Positions 13,710 through 25,862 are shown, counted from the stretch's first letter. The stretch is 64,000 nt of DNA from Octopus bimaculoides (GCF_001194135.2 NC_068983.1:118818431-118882430), one strand, 5' to 3'. Numbers and translations: made by a program. Notes: generated by a model not told the origin, from the sequence alone.

Positions 13710-14269
13710 AATTTTTAATATCCATAAGGACATACACAGAAGGGACAGCACAATGAAATTGAATGATTTTACATGAAATGCGATTGGGGTCCTTTTAAAA
13801 ATTCTAAACATTATATATAATAGGATGATGATAGGATACAATAAGACATAACAGATGGAGTGGAGGCGGGTTTATAACGGACCCCAACGAACCCCGCCTT
13901 ACTACTGAGTCAATGTTGTCTTACATTTGAATGATTCACCTGAGGAAGCCAAGACCCAGGCCGAACTGTGCCAGAACGGACACCAGGTAGTGATGGTCAA
14001 CCCTATCAAAAGCTTTTGATTGGTCTAAATGGACCACTGCCCCTCCCTTACCGGAATCGTTATTAATTCCCTCTATAGTGTATCGAATAAGATGGAGATT
14101 ATCCTGAATGGATCTGCCGGGGATGGCACATGTCTGTGCTCCCTCGATCAACCCATCCGCGACACACGCAAATCTTTTCGATAACACATTGGCCAAAATC
14201 TCCAGCTCTGCATTGAGCAGAGTGATGGGCCTAGAATTATCAATGCAATCCCTTTGTTCGGGTCCTTTC
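13710..14269 (-). mobile_element. Tx1/L1-clade LINE fragment: RT N-terminal domains joined to 3' UTR
   Basis: RPITLLNAELEILANVLSKRF...QTCAIPGRSIQDNLHLIRY...LDQSKAFDRVDH; the adjacent 13710-13930 resembles the 3' UTR of the copies at 15034 and 62163. Confidence 0.85.
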
Positions 14270-15033
14270 NNNNNNNNNNNNNNNNNNNNNNNNNNNNNNN
14301 NNNNNNNNNNNNNNNNNNNNNNNNNNNNNNNNNNNNNNNNNNNNNNNNNNNNNNNNNNNNNNNNNNNNNNNNNNNNNNNNNNNNNNNNNNNNNNNNNNNN
14401 NNNNNNNNNNNNNNNNNNNNNNNNNNNNNNNNNNNNNNNNNNNNNNNNNNNNNNNNNNNNNNNNNNNNNNNNNNNNNNNNNNNNNNNNNNNNNNNNNNNN
14501 NNNNNNNNNNNNNNNNNNNNNNNNNNNNNNNNNNNNNNNNNNNNNNNNNNNNNNNNNNNNNNNNNNNNNNNNNNNNNNNNNNNNNNNNNNNNNNNNNNNN
14601 NNNNNNNNNNNNNNNNNNNNNNNNNNNNNNNNNNNNNNNNNNNNNNNNNNNNNNNNNNNNNNNNNNNNNNNNNNNNNNNNNNNNNNNNNNNNNNNNNNNN
14701 NNNNNNNNNNNNNNNNNNNNNNNNNNNNNNNNNNNNNNNNNNNNNNNNNNNNNNNNNNNNNNNNNNNNNNNNNNNNNNNNNNNNNNNNNNNNNNNNNNNN
14801 NNNNNNNNNNNNNNNNNNNNNNNNNNNNNNNNNNNNNNNNNNNNNNNNNNNNNNNNNNNNNNNNNNNNNNNNNNNNNNNNNNNNNNNNNNNNNNNNNNNN
14901 NNNNNNNNNNNNNNNNNNNNNNNNNNNNNNNNNNNNNNNNNNNNNNNNNNNNNNNNNNNNNNNNNNNNNNNNNNNNNNNNNNNNNNNNNNNNNNNNNNNN
15001 NNNNNNNNNNNNNNNNNNNNNNNNNNNNNNNNN

Positions 15034-16290
15034 TCGAATGATAACATATACAAAATGAAGTGAGGAGGCGGGTTATGCTCGGACCCCACGAGCCCCGTCG
15101 CACCACTAATGCTTTGGGTTCTTCCTGCGTTGTATTCATGCGGTTCCAACCGTACGTAACATTCGTACGACATTCTTCTATCGATCTTGGAACATTTTTG
15201 CTGACAGGCAATTTTTCTCTAACCCTACTTTCCTCCTTAGGTGGAAGGTGAAGAAATTCACCAAGCCAGGGCCAGAGATGAAAATGCCTGTTATTAACCC
15301 TTTCATTCGCGTCTTCCAGATCACCTCTTTCGCAATTGCTACTATGATGAGAAAGCAATTCTTACCTTCTTTCGATAGGAAATCGGTGGGTCAGTTTTTA
15401 CTATTGACTCAGTCGATAGCTGTACTCTTTCTGTACTTGACAACAGTTATTCGGCATAAACCCACACATCTGACACCGCCAAACACTGAACAATAGCGTG
15501 CGGGACGGTTTCCGTGTCCCGCTCACATCTTGGACAGGTTGGTGGGCCAGGGCCACCATGCCTTGCGAGCTTGTCCTGGACAGGTAAGGCTCCTCGGTAA
15601 CATTGCCATGCTAAAGACTTCTGGAAGTTATCCAGTGTCTTCGGCCCGAATGTACGTTGGAACAGACTGGCCTGGCCAGCTGATTATCATCCCCCAAGGT
15701 ATCGTCACATTTCGCCTTTACCAACCCTCTATAGAAGAATGTGGTAGAATTACTACCGCAGGCGCTGCCCGAGAGATGGAATGCCTGGAGACTCCGAAAA
15801 CCATGTACTCAACTTCGATCTATGATAGTATCAGGTGAACTTCNNNNNNNNNNCCCAACTTCGATCTATGATAGTATCAGGTGAACTTCGATCCACGATA
15901 GAAACAAGTGAACTTGGGAAACATCTGTTTCGCCAGCGGAGACCACACCCAATCACCATCCAGATGGAGCCACAGATGCCTCAACCTCAGCGCATCAATA
16001 GCCAAGGCATCCCTAGCCCACCCTTTAAAGGTTGTTGGCAGCAAAGAGTGCGTCTCACAAGCGGATTCGAACCATTCCACAAGAAGCGGAAGAGCTAGAT
16101 TTCCAGCTTGTTCAACCACAAATCAGGACAGGGAACGACGGTTAGGCGGTAGGTGATGACCGATGCGATGAACACATTGGCCATCTCTGCCCTCCCTTTC
16201 AGGGATAGCCACCGCTAAGACCAGGTCTTGGCTATGTGGGCAACCCTGCTCGCTATTTCGGCCCAGTTTTTCTCTACTTGGAGGCCTAGT
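15034..16290 (-). mobile_element. Tx1/L1-clade LINE fragment: post-RT domain, C-terminus and 3' UTR
   Basis: EKNWAEIASRV...LSLKGRAEMANVFIASVITYRLTVVPCP...LFRFLW...QQPLKGGLGMPWL; VAIAKEVIWKTR. Confidence 0.85.
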
Positions 16291-16733
16291 CGACCTCGAC
16301 GGAATTTGAACGTGAAGACGGACGAAACTCTACTAAGCATTTTGCCCGGCGTGCTAACAATTCTATCAGCATTTACAATGATAATGATATCAAGAACAAA
16401 AACAATAATAATCTGAGATGGTGGTGCGTGCTCATGCGCATTCATGTTTCACAAACGCAAACGATTAAGTTACCAGTTTATCGAAATTTGATTGGTTGTC
16501 GAATAATTCTTTAGATAAGGATTAACCAGATAAAGGATGTAGGCTTGCAAATTGGAACCTGGCGACGAAAAATCATAATAGCCTGTGATAGGGACTCGAC
16601 TGACAATCCAGTTGAAGTGCTCGGAATTTGAAATATCCAGACTTCCAGGTGAAGAGAAAGCGAGTCGATGACGAGGACAGTCATTCAGAGTGGGGTTGAG
16701 AGGGATATATTTCTGAAAAGTCGGATAGAGTAA

Positions 16734-16734
<1 letters not shown>

Positions 16735-16832
<98 letters not shown>

Positions 16833-16842
16833 TGTGTGTGTG
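16735..16842. repeat. (GT)n microsatellite
   Basis: Direct reading. Confidence 0.95.
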
Positions 16843-16925
16843 AGGAATGCCTATATCACTTTGGTGATTTACAGTTATTTTCTCCTCATTTCTTGTCTCA
16901 TGAAATATTAGAATATCAGGATCGT

Positions 16926-17010
16926 ACCAGTTGCGTACTTGGGTCGAGCTAATCGACTGGCTCTCTCCCACCAAATTTAGGGCCTTGCGCCTAGAGTAGA
17001 AAAGATTATT
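16926..17010 (+). mobile_element. SINE family A 3' fragment
   Basis: GTACCAGTTGCGTACTTGGGTCGAGCTAATCGACTGG...CCTTGCGCCTAGAGTAGAAAAGATTATT. Confidence 0.8.
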
Positions 17011-17589
17011 TGTTAGACAAGTAGGAAAGGTCTTAGATCGTTAAGTTCTTGTAACTAGTGGATAATCTTACGTTTCAGGCTCCTTTCGTTTATTATAGCT
17101 TAAGAGAGAGAAAGAGAGACAGACAGACAGACAGATAGAAAGAGAGAGGAAGATAGAGAGAAAACTGTGAGAGAGGAAGAAAGGGATTTGAAGGGAACTG
17201 AGATCGTTTTGTCTGCAGGTTTGTAAATGCTTTGGCTTTGTTTATCGAGTAAACTGAAAGTGCTGAATGACGCTGAGATTGAAGGTATCTGGTGTATTGT
17301 AAAACGCTTTGTTTTCTACAACTTAAACAACTCATGCCCTCTATCGAAGGTCCATGAAGAGCGGAGCGGTCCTGTATGACACTCTGAGGAATTATGGATC
17401 CTTTCCATAACTTTTTGTGCTAGCTTGTGATAGGGTCTACCGGCATAATATTACCCTCAAATTGATGTACCCGAGATACGAACAGATCGACAGATTCGTT
17501 TAGTGTCTGCGTACCGCTGACGTATGGAATTTTGTTCAACAACTATTATCGAAACTACATCTGTCTAGTGACTATAAGTAAAAAAGGGA

Positions 17590-17860
17590 CTGTGGTATCC
17601 GAGCTGTGAAACAGCTGTTGATAAGGCTTTTCATCTTCAACAAAATTATCTTTAAGAATAAGTTGAAGCGGAAAGAGAGGTGGAACAAGAAGTTCAACCT
17701 ACCGATAAATTTCAAGAAATTTGTGCGAGAGCAGTTAGTTCAATGCTGATAAAAGCGCTAACTCTTCATTTTCTCCCAGTGACTGATGTTGTCAGAGAAG
17801 AAAAGTTTGTAAGGTGCTTATGGAAGTTGATCTTTCCTGACTTGTCAATACTCCACTGCG
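17590..17860 (+). mobile_element. Possible decayed hAT-type transposase fragment
   Basis: AVSSMLIKALTLHFLPVTDVVREEKFVRCLWKLIFPDLSI loosely resembles the hAT segment preceding the catalytic domain; weak. Confidence 0.25.
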
Positions 17861-17867
17861 GACAGAT

Positions 17868-17868
17868 T

Positions 17869-17902
<34 letters not shown>

Positions 17903-17940
17903 GTTGTTCTTCTTCTTCTTCTTCTTCTTCTTCTTCTTCT

Positions 17941-17987
<47 letters not shown>

Positions 17988-18617
17988 TTCTTCTTCTTCT
18001 TCTTCTTCTTNNNNNNNNNNNNNNNNNNNNNNNNNNNNNNNNNNNNNNNNNNNNNNNNNNNNNNNNNNNNNNNNNNNNNNNNNNNNNNNNNNNNNNNNNN
18101 NNNNNNNNNNNNNNNNNNNNNNNNNNNNNNNNNNNNNNNNNNNNNNNNNNNNNNNNNNNNNNNNNNNNNNNNNNNNNNNNNNNNNNNNNNNNNNNNNNNN
18201 NNNNNNNNNNNNNNNNNNNNNNNNNNNNNNNNNNNNNNNNNNNNNNNNNNNNNNNNNNNNNNNNNNNNNNNNNNNNNNNNNNNNNNNNNNNNNNNNNNNN
18301 NNNNNNNNNNNNNNNNNNNNNNNNNNNNNNNNNNNNNNNNNNNNNNNNNNNNNNNNNNNNNNNNNNNNNNNNNNNNNNNNNNNNNNNNNNNNNNNNNNNN
18401 NNNNNNNNNNNNNNNNNNNNNNNNNNNNNNNNNNNNNNNNNNNNNNNNNNNNNNNNNNNNNNNNNNNNNNNNNNNNNNNNNNNNNNNNNNNNNNNNNNNN
18501 NNNNNNNNNNNNNNNNNNNNNNNNNNNNNNNNNNNNNNNNNNNNNNNNNNNNNNNNNNNNNNNNNNNNNNNNNNNNNNNNNNNNNNNNNNNNNNNNNNNN
18601 NNNNNNNNNNNNNNNNN

Positions 18618-18649
<32 letters not shown>
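17868..18649. repeat. Compound (GTT)n-(CTT)n ... (TTA)n microsatellite spanning an assembly gap
   Basis: Direct reading; N run 18011-18617. Confidence 0.9.
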
Positions 18650-19075
18650 TGTAAAGAAAAAAGTTTTGAATGGTACAACAATGCACTATAATACAAAACA
18701 TGGACTATATACTTGTTGTAATTTAGTTATCTATAGTCCGATGATATTTCGGAATACAATTCCTTCTTCAGATCTTCTTAGATGGAGTCTCTGCTATCAA
18801 CTGTTTACTAACGGCTTTTCTTTTCTTTTCCCGGAAGTGTCGCAGTAGTAGTCCTACGAAGCTCCTTCCGGAATTCCTCATGAGAAGTGCGTGAGGTCGG
18901 CTATGCTTCAGTCTCGTGTGTGTTGGTATATCTGTAGCGCTGCTTCTAAGTTATGTGTTATACGTGCAGCTTCTCTTTTTTTTTGTTATAAACAATACAT
19001 GAGCATGTTATTAAGAATGAACCTACACACGTTCAGATGTAGCTAAATAATGTATTGATTACCAATCTCCAGCCT
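18650..19075 (-). mobile_element. Penelope-like element 3' remnant
   Basis: Minus-strand EAARITHNLEAALQIYQH resembles the GIY-YIG C-terminal LEAxxI motif and is followed by a hammerhead motif. Confidence 0.4.
18729..18783 (-). ncRNA. Minimal type I hammerhead ribozyme motif
   Basis: Minus strand: AUCUA-agaa-GAU CUGAAGA A GGAAU ugu AUUCC GAAA UAU C AUC-ggacua-UAGAU. Core boxes, 5-bp stem II, palindromic AUAU stem III and a split stem I are all present. Confidence 0.7.
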
Positions 19076-19079
19076 GTTG

Positions 19080-19161
19080 TTAATTTGGGGTCCTAGTCTG
19101 TGTATGAGTAATACATCCTTAAGGAAGCATTACTCATACACAGACTAGGACCCCAAATTAA
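19080..19161. mobile_element. 82-bp near-perfect palindrome (MADE1-like mini-MITE candidate)
   Basis: 39 of 41 positions pair around the centre 19120/19121; TTAA at both ends and at the centre. Confidence 0.75.
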
Positions 19162-19229
19162 GAGCACCAGAAATCTTTTGAGCGGTGTTCTGTGCTTATA
19201 TTGCCCGGGAAAGAAAAATATTTTTCCTT

Positions 19230-19270
<41 letters not shown>

Positions 19271-19299
19271 AACGTGTCAGAAAAAGTGCAATTATCAAA

Positions 19300-22200
19300 G
19301 AATGCCAAGATAATATTTCTAAACACGCCGAAGGAAATATAAGATGTTTATTGCGTGCATTACATAAAAAAAACAGGTGACTGCAGCGAACGCGCAGGCC
19401 CAAATCGAGAAAGGCTTGGGAGACGCTTTGGTACAGCTGAGGTGAGATTCCCAACTGAAAAATAAGCCAAAGGCAGTGCAATAAACAACAACTGTAAAAA
19501 GTGAAGAATTTTTGCAAATTCCGCCATACCTCGGTCGGAGGATGGTTAGAAACAAGGTAGCTGAAGTGGACATCTCTTCGCTGGTACGGCATAAAAAAAA
19601 GAAAGAACAATTCTCCAAGTGCACAAAATGAGAAACGAAAATTGGTCGGGTACGAGAATAGAATTATTAATACCCGACGATTGGATAAGTATCGAAGCCA
19701 TCCCTAGTTATTTGATGCAGTCGTGGTCAGGAAGCCGAGATGTCACATTTATGGCGAGACAAATCACTTAAAGGCTTTCTATCCTATGCAAAGAAAAGGA
19801 AAACCCCTGCTGCTGCTGCAGACACCTCAAACATAACAACATCAGTATCAAAAACAACAGCAGCAGCACCAACAGCAACAACAACTGCAGAAAAAGCAGC
19901 TGGAAAGATCCTTGCAACAACATCAGTAGCATGCGCCAGTACTACACCCGAGAAAAGCAATAACATCACCTGCACTATCGCAACAGGAAAAGTCTCATTC
20001 ACACCAGTCTTTCAGATCCCCAGCTTTAAAATGCGTGACTGTGCAGACATACCTCTCCCCGCTGCCACAAAAATTTCTTCGACAAAATGAAATGCAAGAC
20101 TAAAGACGAAGAGATTAGAGGAGGAGACACGAGAACCAAGAAAGTATTACACACCTACACTCTCTCCACCAACACAATTACCAACACCTCTAGTACTACA
20201 GACACCATCAACATTACAAACACCTCAACAAAGAAAGCATAGCAATCCAGAAAACAATAAACAATATATAATACATCGCACCCCCGCATAACGCTCCTAT
20301 TAACATAACAATTTTAGAAACAACGCAACAAACTTACAACAAACTATCTCAAGGAAAATATCTAAAGCAAAATATCCCAAAGAAATAGATTTCTGCAGGA
20401 CCATAAAAGAAATGCTTGTGGAAATACCCACAAATTGCCAGAAGGACAGAACATCTGTCTCTACACAGAAATTGGGTGATTCTCTTCACTTTCCTTCTCT
20501 CTGAGAAACATCGCCTTGTTCAGAATAGGCAGTATAAATGCACGCGACCTGGGGTCGCCATAGAAACAGGATCACCTACTGAACGATCTCAGGTCACTAA
20601 GAATAAATGTCATGGCTATCAGTGAGATCAGACTTTCCAATCGACAAGCTTCCATGCCCATTTTCGGTGACTACAAGATTTACTTATTTCTATATCAGTC
20701 AGAAATGGAGGGTGGTGGAACTGCAATGTTGTTCTGGAAAAGTCTGCATTTCAAGAAGGCAAGTAGGTGGTCCTGCATGTGAACAGTTGCGATGGGAGTG
20801 TTTTCAGACTGATGGCTGTTTATGCTTCGTCAGAGGCAGCACAACTGGATTTCTTCAGACGTCAGGAGGTTTTTCTGGGAACGTCTCCATCTTTAGTGCT
20901 AATGGATGATTGGAACGCTATCTTGGGCACCGTTTAAATTTGGTGGAGTTGGCTGTTAGAAGAGCGCGTTCAAAAGCCTCGCACACTTGCTCAGACATTT
21001 TCAACTATCTGACAGATACCGACTGAATTTTTCCAATGTGTCAGTATGAATATGAATGAACTGCATTAGGTTATCTAGGCTGTATCTAGATAAGGTATAC
21101 AGTAAACCGTTAGTTAAAGATAGTATAAGTTGTCCACTTTTTAAAATCGTCGTTTACACAGACCACAAAATCGTGATCTGCATGGTTGACCTAGATGAGC
21201 GTTGTAAGCTGAGGTCCGTCTACTGGAAGCTGAACGCATCACTCCCGGCGTGCCAAGTTTACTTTGGCTAAAGTGTAAGCGAACAGGTTGGCGCTTGTCG
21301 TCGAAGAATTGAATGTTGATGCGAAAATATGCGCCATCCCAAGGAGATCTATGATAAACTCTGATTCCTGCGGTATATCATAGACAGTGTGCACAAAGAA
21401 GCTACCATAGGTACAGCCCTGATCAATTTTGATCAACCAAAAGCCTTCAATAGAGCTGACCAACAATACTTGGCGGCCTTTTCGGTTTCGGTCCTGTTTT
21501 CTGAGGCTAGATTACTGCAATGTACAGCGATATCTGCGATATCTGTTCAGGTAAATAGTTACTTATCGGGACCTTTCAGCATCATGCAGTCGGACCGTCA
21601 ATGGTACCCCCTTTCGTCTCTTCTGTATGTACTGGCTCTAGAGCCAATACTACGCAAATTGGAGTGTTGAGAGGTACCCATGGGAGACCGTGTCGGTATA
21701 TGCGGACGACGTCACCGTCATAAAGTCGAACATCAGGCACATAGACCTGGTCGGCACTGCTCTAAAAAATACGGGGCAGTGACAGGAGCAAAAATTAACC
21801 AAGTAAAGGCAGTGGGCCAGTAGCTTGGTGCCTGGAAATGCCGACCAATAATATCATGGGATGCTAGGTGGAGGGCCCCGGTTAAATTGCTTGGGGGTCT
21901 GGTTTAGTTTGAATCTCCAGATGGAGAAGAGCTGGGATGATGTGATGAGCAAGGTGGACAATTTCGCCCGGAAATGGGCCAAGAGAAAGCTATCTCTGAA
22001 AGGTCGGACAGAGGTGGCGAAGGCATAACATCGCCTCCATCATACCTGACCGTCGTACCATGCTCCAGTTTACGTCTGGCCAAACTGGAGAGTATACCCT
22101 TTCGCTTTCTTTGGATGAGACGCGTACTATTGGTCAAGTACTCCATTTGTTGTCAACCCCGCTGAATGGAGGACTGGGCATGCTGTGGCTACTGATGCAC

Positions 22201-23005
22201 AGAAATGCGCTGAAGCTACGACATCTCCAACGCTTTCTTGATGGTGAGCAAGTGTGGTTACCGTTTAACAGACTTGCTCTGCTGCAGCTGGTCTCTTTGA
22301 CTGAGCTACAATCCTGGATCAAGAGTAAACTGAAACAGGACACCTGGCACCTAGAGTATCATCAGGTGCTCACTATCCTTTGTCAGACGGGTAATGCGGT
22401 TGGTGGAAGTTCTGACACGTGGGTTTATGTCAAGCGCCTATTGTCACGTGCAGGACGGATCAGGCTATCGATTGAGTCCGTTGTGAAGATCCTCCCGCCG
22501 TCTTCCTTTGGTCGGAAATGGAAGGAAGTGTTTATTTGTCTGGTCGCTTTTGCGAAAGAGGTTGTGTGATGGACCAAATTGAAAGTGCTGAAGATAGATA
22601 CTCTCCTCTTTGGCCAAGCCCTCGTCAGCTTCTTCAAGTTTTACTTGAAAAGGAAAGTGAGGGTAGAGAGGGAGGTGCTGCCTCCCAGCAATTCTATTGG
22701 AAGGTGGGTGACTGTGGTGAGAGTAGTCCAAGCGAACGAGCACTCGCTAAGCATACGTCTCTAGATTGAAGAAAGACGATGTGGAGAAGGCACTTGCCCT
22801 AGTGGTCAGGATGACTATAGTGTTGTGGAGTATAAACGAGCAGTTCAGGGAATTCACCTTCTTTTGGAGAATGTTTCGTTGTTAAAATTTAAATTGTTAT
22901 TGTTTTTTTCATACTATTTACATGCTTTATTGTATGTAACTCCACATTATATTGTCTTCTACTAACCTCAATATTTTTGTGATCCCTTAGTGGTAAATAA
23001 AAAAA
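19300..23005 (+). mobile_element. Degenerate, internally deleted Tx1/L1-clade LINE (ORF1 remnant, APE endonuclease, RT, C-terminus, 3' A-rich end)
   Basis: EN: IGSINARDL...VMAISEIR...MAVYAS...DDWNAIL...YLDKVY...TDHKIV...YWKLNASL. RT: FDQPKAFNRAD, PLSSLLYVLALEP, VYADDVT. C-terminus: LVAFAKEVV. Ends AATAAAAAAA followed by (ATT)n. Confidence 0.85.
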
Positions 23006-23072
23006 TTATTATTATTATTATTATTATTGTTGTTGTTGTTGTTGTTGTTGTTGTTAGTAGTAGTAGTAGTGT
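23006..23072. repeat. Compound (ATT)n-(GTT)n-(GTA)n microsatellite at the LINE 3' end
   Basis: Direct reading. Confidence 0.9.
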
Positions 23073-23289
23073 TATACGTGACTTTCGTCGTGAACGGACG
23101 CTTTTTACAGAATTCTTACAAAGATAAGAATTCGCCCTGTATGACCTAACATAAAAGATGCTTTTGTTCTTGTTTTCACTTTGGAAAATTAATAAAAGGT
23201 TTTCAGATTGATCTAGGCTCTTCCTCTTTCCGGTGGAAAGAAAGATTAATCTTTGACATTGTTTTTAAGTTGTGTATATTTCCGTTAAG

Positions 23290-24115
23290 CAACATTTTGT
23301 ATTGTTAGTTGTATTCCAGAATAGTTATATCAGCGGCAGTGCCACGTGGATATTTTTCCTCTCCTTATTACTAGAACTGCACATTTATCTATTCTAACCT
23401 CCATACCAATCGCATTACTCACAACTCTAACTGTCTCGACCAAGGAATACAAAGCTTTCTAACTTTGGTAAATAATTTCATGTCATCCATAAACAAGAGA
23501 TGGTTTATTTTCTCACCCCTGCTAAATACGTGAAATGATTTAGCTTTTCGCATGAGAGGGATAAGAGCCACCTCGAATAGTAGTGGTGAGAGTGATCTTT
23601 GGAATATTTTTTTCCACTCTAGGCACAAGGCCTGAAATTTTGAGGGAGGGAGCCAGTCGATTACATCGACTCCAGTACGAAACTGGTACTTAATTTATCG
23701 ATCCCGAAAGGATGAATGCCAAAGTCGACCTCACCGGAATTTGAACTCAGAACATAAAGACAGACGAAACACCGCTAAGCATTTCGCCCGGCCTGCTAAC
23801 GTTTCTGCCAGCTCACCGCCTTATCACTTTGGAATATTACCTTACTAATGCTGGCTTCATCTAACTTACCTTGACCTGATGATAGTACGGTTCTCCATTT
23901 TGACATACTGTTTTGTAAGAGCTAGACGATATTCTTAGCTATCTCAAATATAATGAAGCATCCTAGGATGGATGAGTGTGGCACACTCCTATATGCCTCT
24001 TCCTTCTTTTGAGGTTGCAGAAGACTTGATCTATACATCATAGGTCATTTGTCCTTTCAGAATATTTTCTATCTCTTCTTTGTTCTTCTGGCAGTAGATC
24101 TCCTTCCTCAAAATA

Positions 24116-24120
<5 letters not shown>
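23290..24120 (-). mobile_element. R4/Dong-like LINE RT fragment interrupted by a SINE
   Basis: LLPEEQ...; NSMSKWRTVLSSG; IFQ[insert]SLSPLLFEVALIPL; KINHLLFMDDMKLF; IGMEVRIDKCAVL. Confidence 0.8.
23609..23822 (-). mobile_element. Full-length SINE family A with TSD
   Basis: CTTTGGAATATT at 23597-23608 and 23827-23838. Confidence 0.92.
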
Positions 24121-24150
<30 letters not shown>

Positions 24151-24607
24151 NNNNNNNNNNNNNNNNNNNNNNNNNNNNNNNNNNNNNNNNNNNNNNNNNN
24201 NNNNNNNNNNNNNNNNNNNNNNNNNNNNNNNNNNNNNNNNNNNNNNNNNNNNNNNNNNNNNNNNNNNNNNNNNNNNNNNNNNNNNNNNNNNNNNNNNNNN
24301 NNNNNNNNNNNNNNNNNNNNNNNNNNNNNNNNNNNNNNNNNNNNNNNNNNNNNNNNNNNNNNNNNNNNNNNNNNNNNNNNNNNNNNNNNNNNNNNNNNNN
24401 NNNNNNNNNNNNNNNNNNNNNNNNNNNNNNNNNNNNNNNNNNNNNNNNNNNNNNNNNNNNNNNNNNNNNNNNNNNNNNNNNNNNNNNNNNNNNNNNNNNN
24501 NNNNNNATATATATTCTTTGCAATAACATCTATTTGCAACTTCCACATCAGCGGAAGGCGTTTTTTGTCAGTAATTATTCAATAATATTTCCATTCTTTC
24601 GATCTTT

Positions 24608-25350
24608 CACAAACCTTGTACCAAAATTTGAAGCCACTATTACTAAGGCGGCCAGCTGGAAGAATCGTTAACGCGCTGGACAAAGTGCTTAGCAGTATTT
24701 CACCCGTTTGCTACGTTCTGAGTTCAAATTCTGCCGAGGTCGATTTTACTATTCATCCTTTTCGGGTCGATAAAATAAGTATCAGTTGAACATTGGGGGT
24801 CGATGTAAACAACACATTGCCTCCCCCAAAATGGCTGTCCTTGTGGCGAAATTTGAAACCATTATTATTATTTTTAAGGTGGCGAGCTAGGAGAATCATT
24901 AGCATGCCGGGCGAAATGCTTAGCGATATTTTGTCCGAGCCTGTGCTCTGAGTTGAAATACCGCCGGGGTCGATAAATTAAGCACCAGTTACGCACTAAA
25001 GTCAATGTAATCGACTAGTCCCCGCCCCCAAATTTCAGGCCTTGTGCCTATAGAAGAAAAGATCATTGTTATTATTAAGGCGGCGAGCTGGCAAGATCGC
25101 TCGCACGCCAGGCGAAATGCACAGCAGAATTTCGTCTGGCTTCGCGCTCTGAGTACAAATGCCGCCGGGGTCGACTTTGTCGTTTATCTTTGGTCGATAA
25201 AACCAGTATCATTTGAATACTGATGTAATTGACTTATCTTCCTACAACCGAAAAAGAAAATTTTAGGGTTTGTGCCTATAGCAGAAAGGATTATTATTAT
25301 TATTAAGGTGACATACTAGGAGAATTGCTAGCATGCCGGGCAAAATGCTT
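24608..25350 (+). mobile_element. Head-to-tail SINE family A array (tail fragment, copies at ~24645, ~24877, ~25077, truncated head ~25304)
   Basis: Repeated TAAGG(C/T)GGCGAGCT heads, each following a TTATTAT tail. Confidence 0.9.
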
Positions 25351-25862
25351 ACTTGGTTATTTCTTACAGAGAAAAAGTTACAGAGGCAACATTCTGTGAA
25401 GCAAAAATTGAGTGTTGTGGTTAGTAGGGTCTAAGGGACTGGACAAAACAAGAGGGGAGGATACAAGAAGATGGTATGATCCCAGCCATCTCCGAGGAGT
25501 AGAAGTCATTATAATAGTTTGAGAAAAGGTTGAGGGAAAGACAATAGGTCTGTGGCTCAGATTTTGGAATGCGTTTAAGATACTTGATGACAGTCAGTCG
25601 GATGTGTGAGCAGCAGTAGTACCATTTTAGACGCTGGAACATGCTTCATTATAGGACTCAACTGAATTGATTGAAATTCAAGTCATTTTAGGCATTGTTT
25701 AAGTTGGTAAAGTAAATTCGTTTCACTCGAGAACTGAACTCAAATCGAAAACTCGGTCTTTAACCATTATTGCACTTGTTATCCTTTCAAGCAAAGCGCT
25801 TCAAGGAAAAAGCACGAAGCAAAAGATACAGCCTTGCTTTGAATTTCCTTCGGACCTATCAC

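Noticed and set aside
15801-15890. Direct repeat AACTTCGATCTATGATAGTATCAGGTGAACTTC on both sides of a 10-N gap
   Set aside because: Typical unmerged contig overlap, not a biological duplication.
18831-18871. Two ETS-like motifs (CCGGAAGT, CTTCCGG) as a promoter
   Set aside because: They lie inside a probable Penelope-like remnant; no other promoter evidence.
19740-20090. Ala/Thr-rich 116-aa ORF as a host gene
   Set aside because: Low-complexity region within the LINE ORF1 area.
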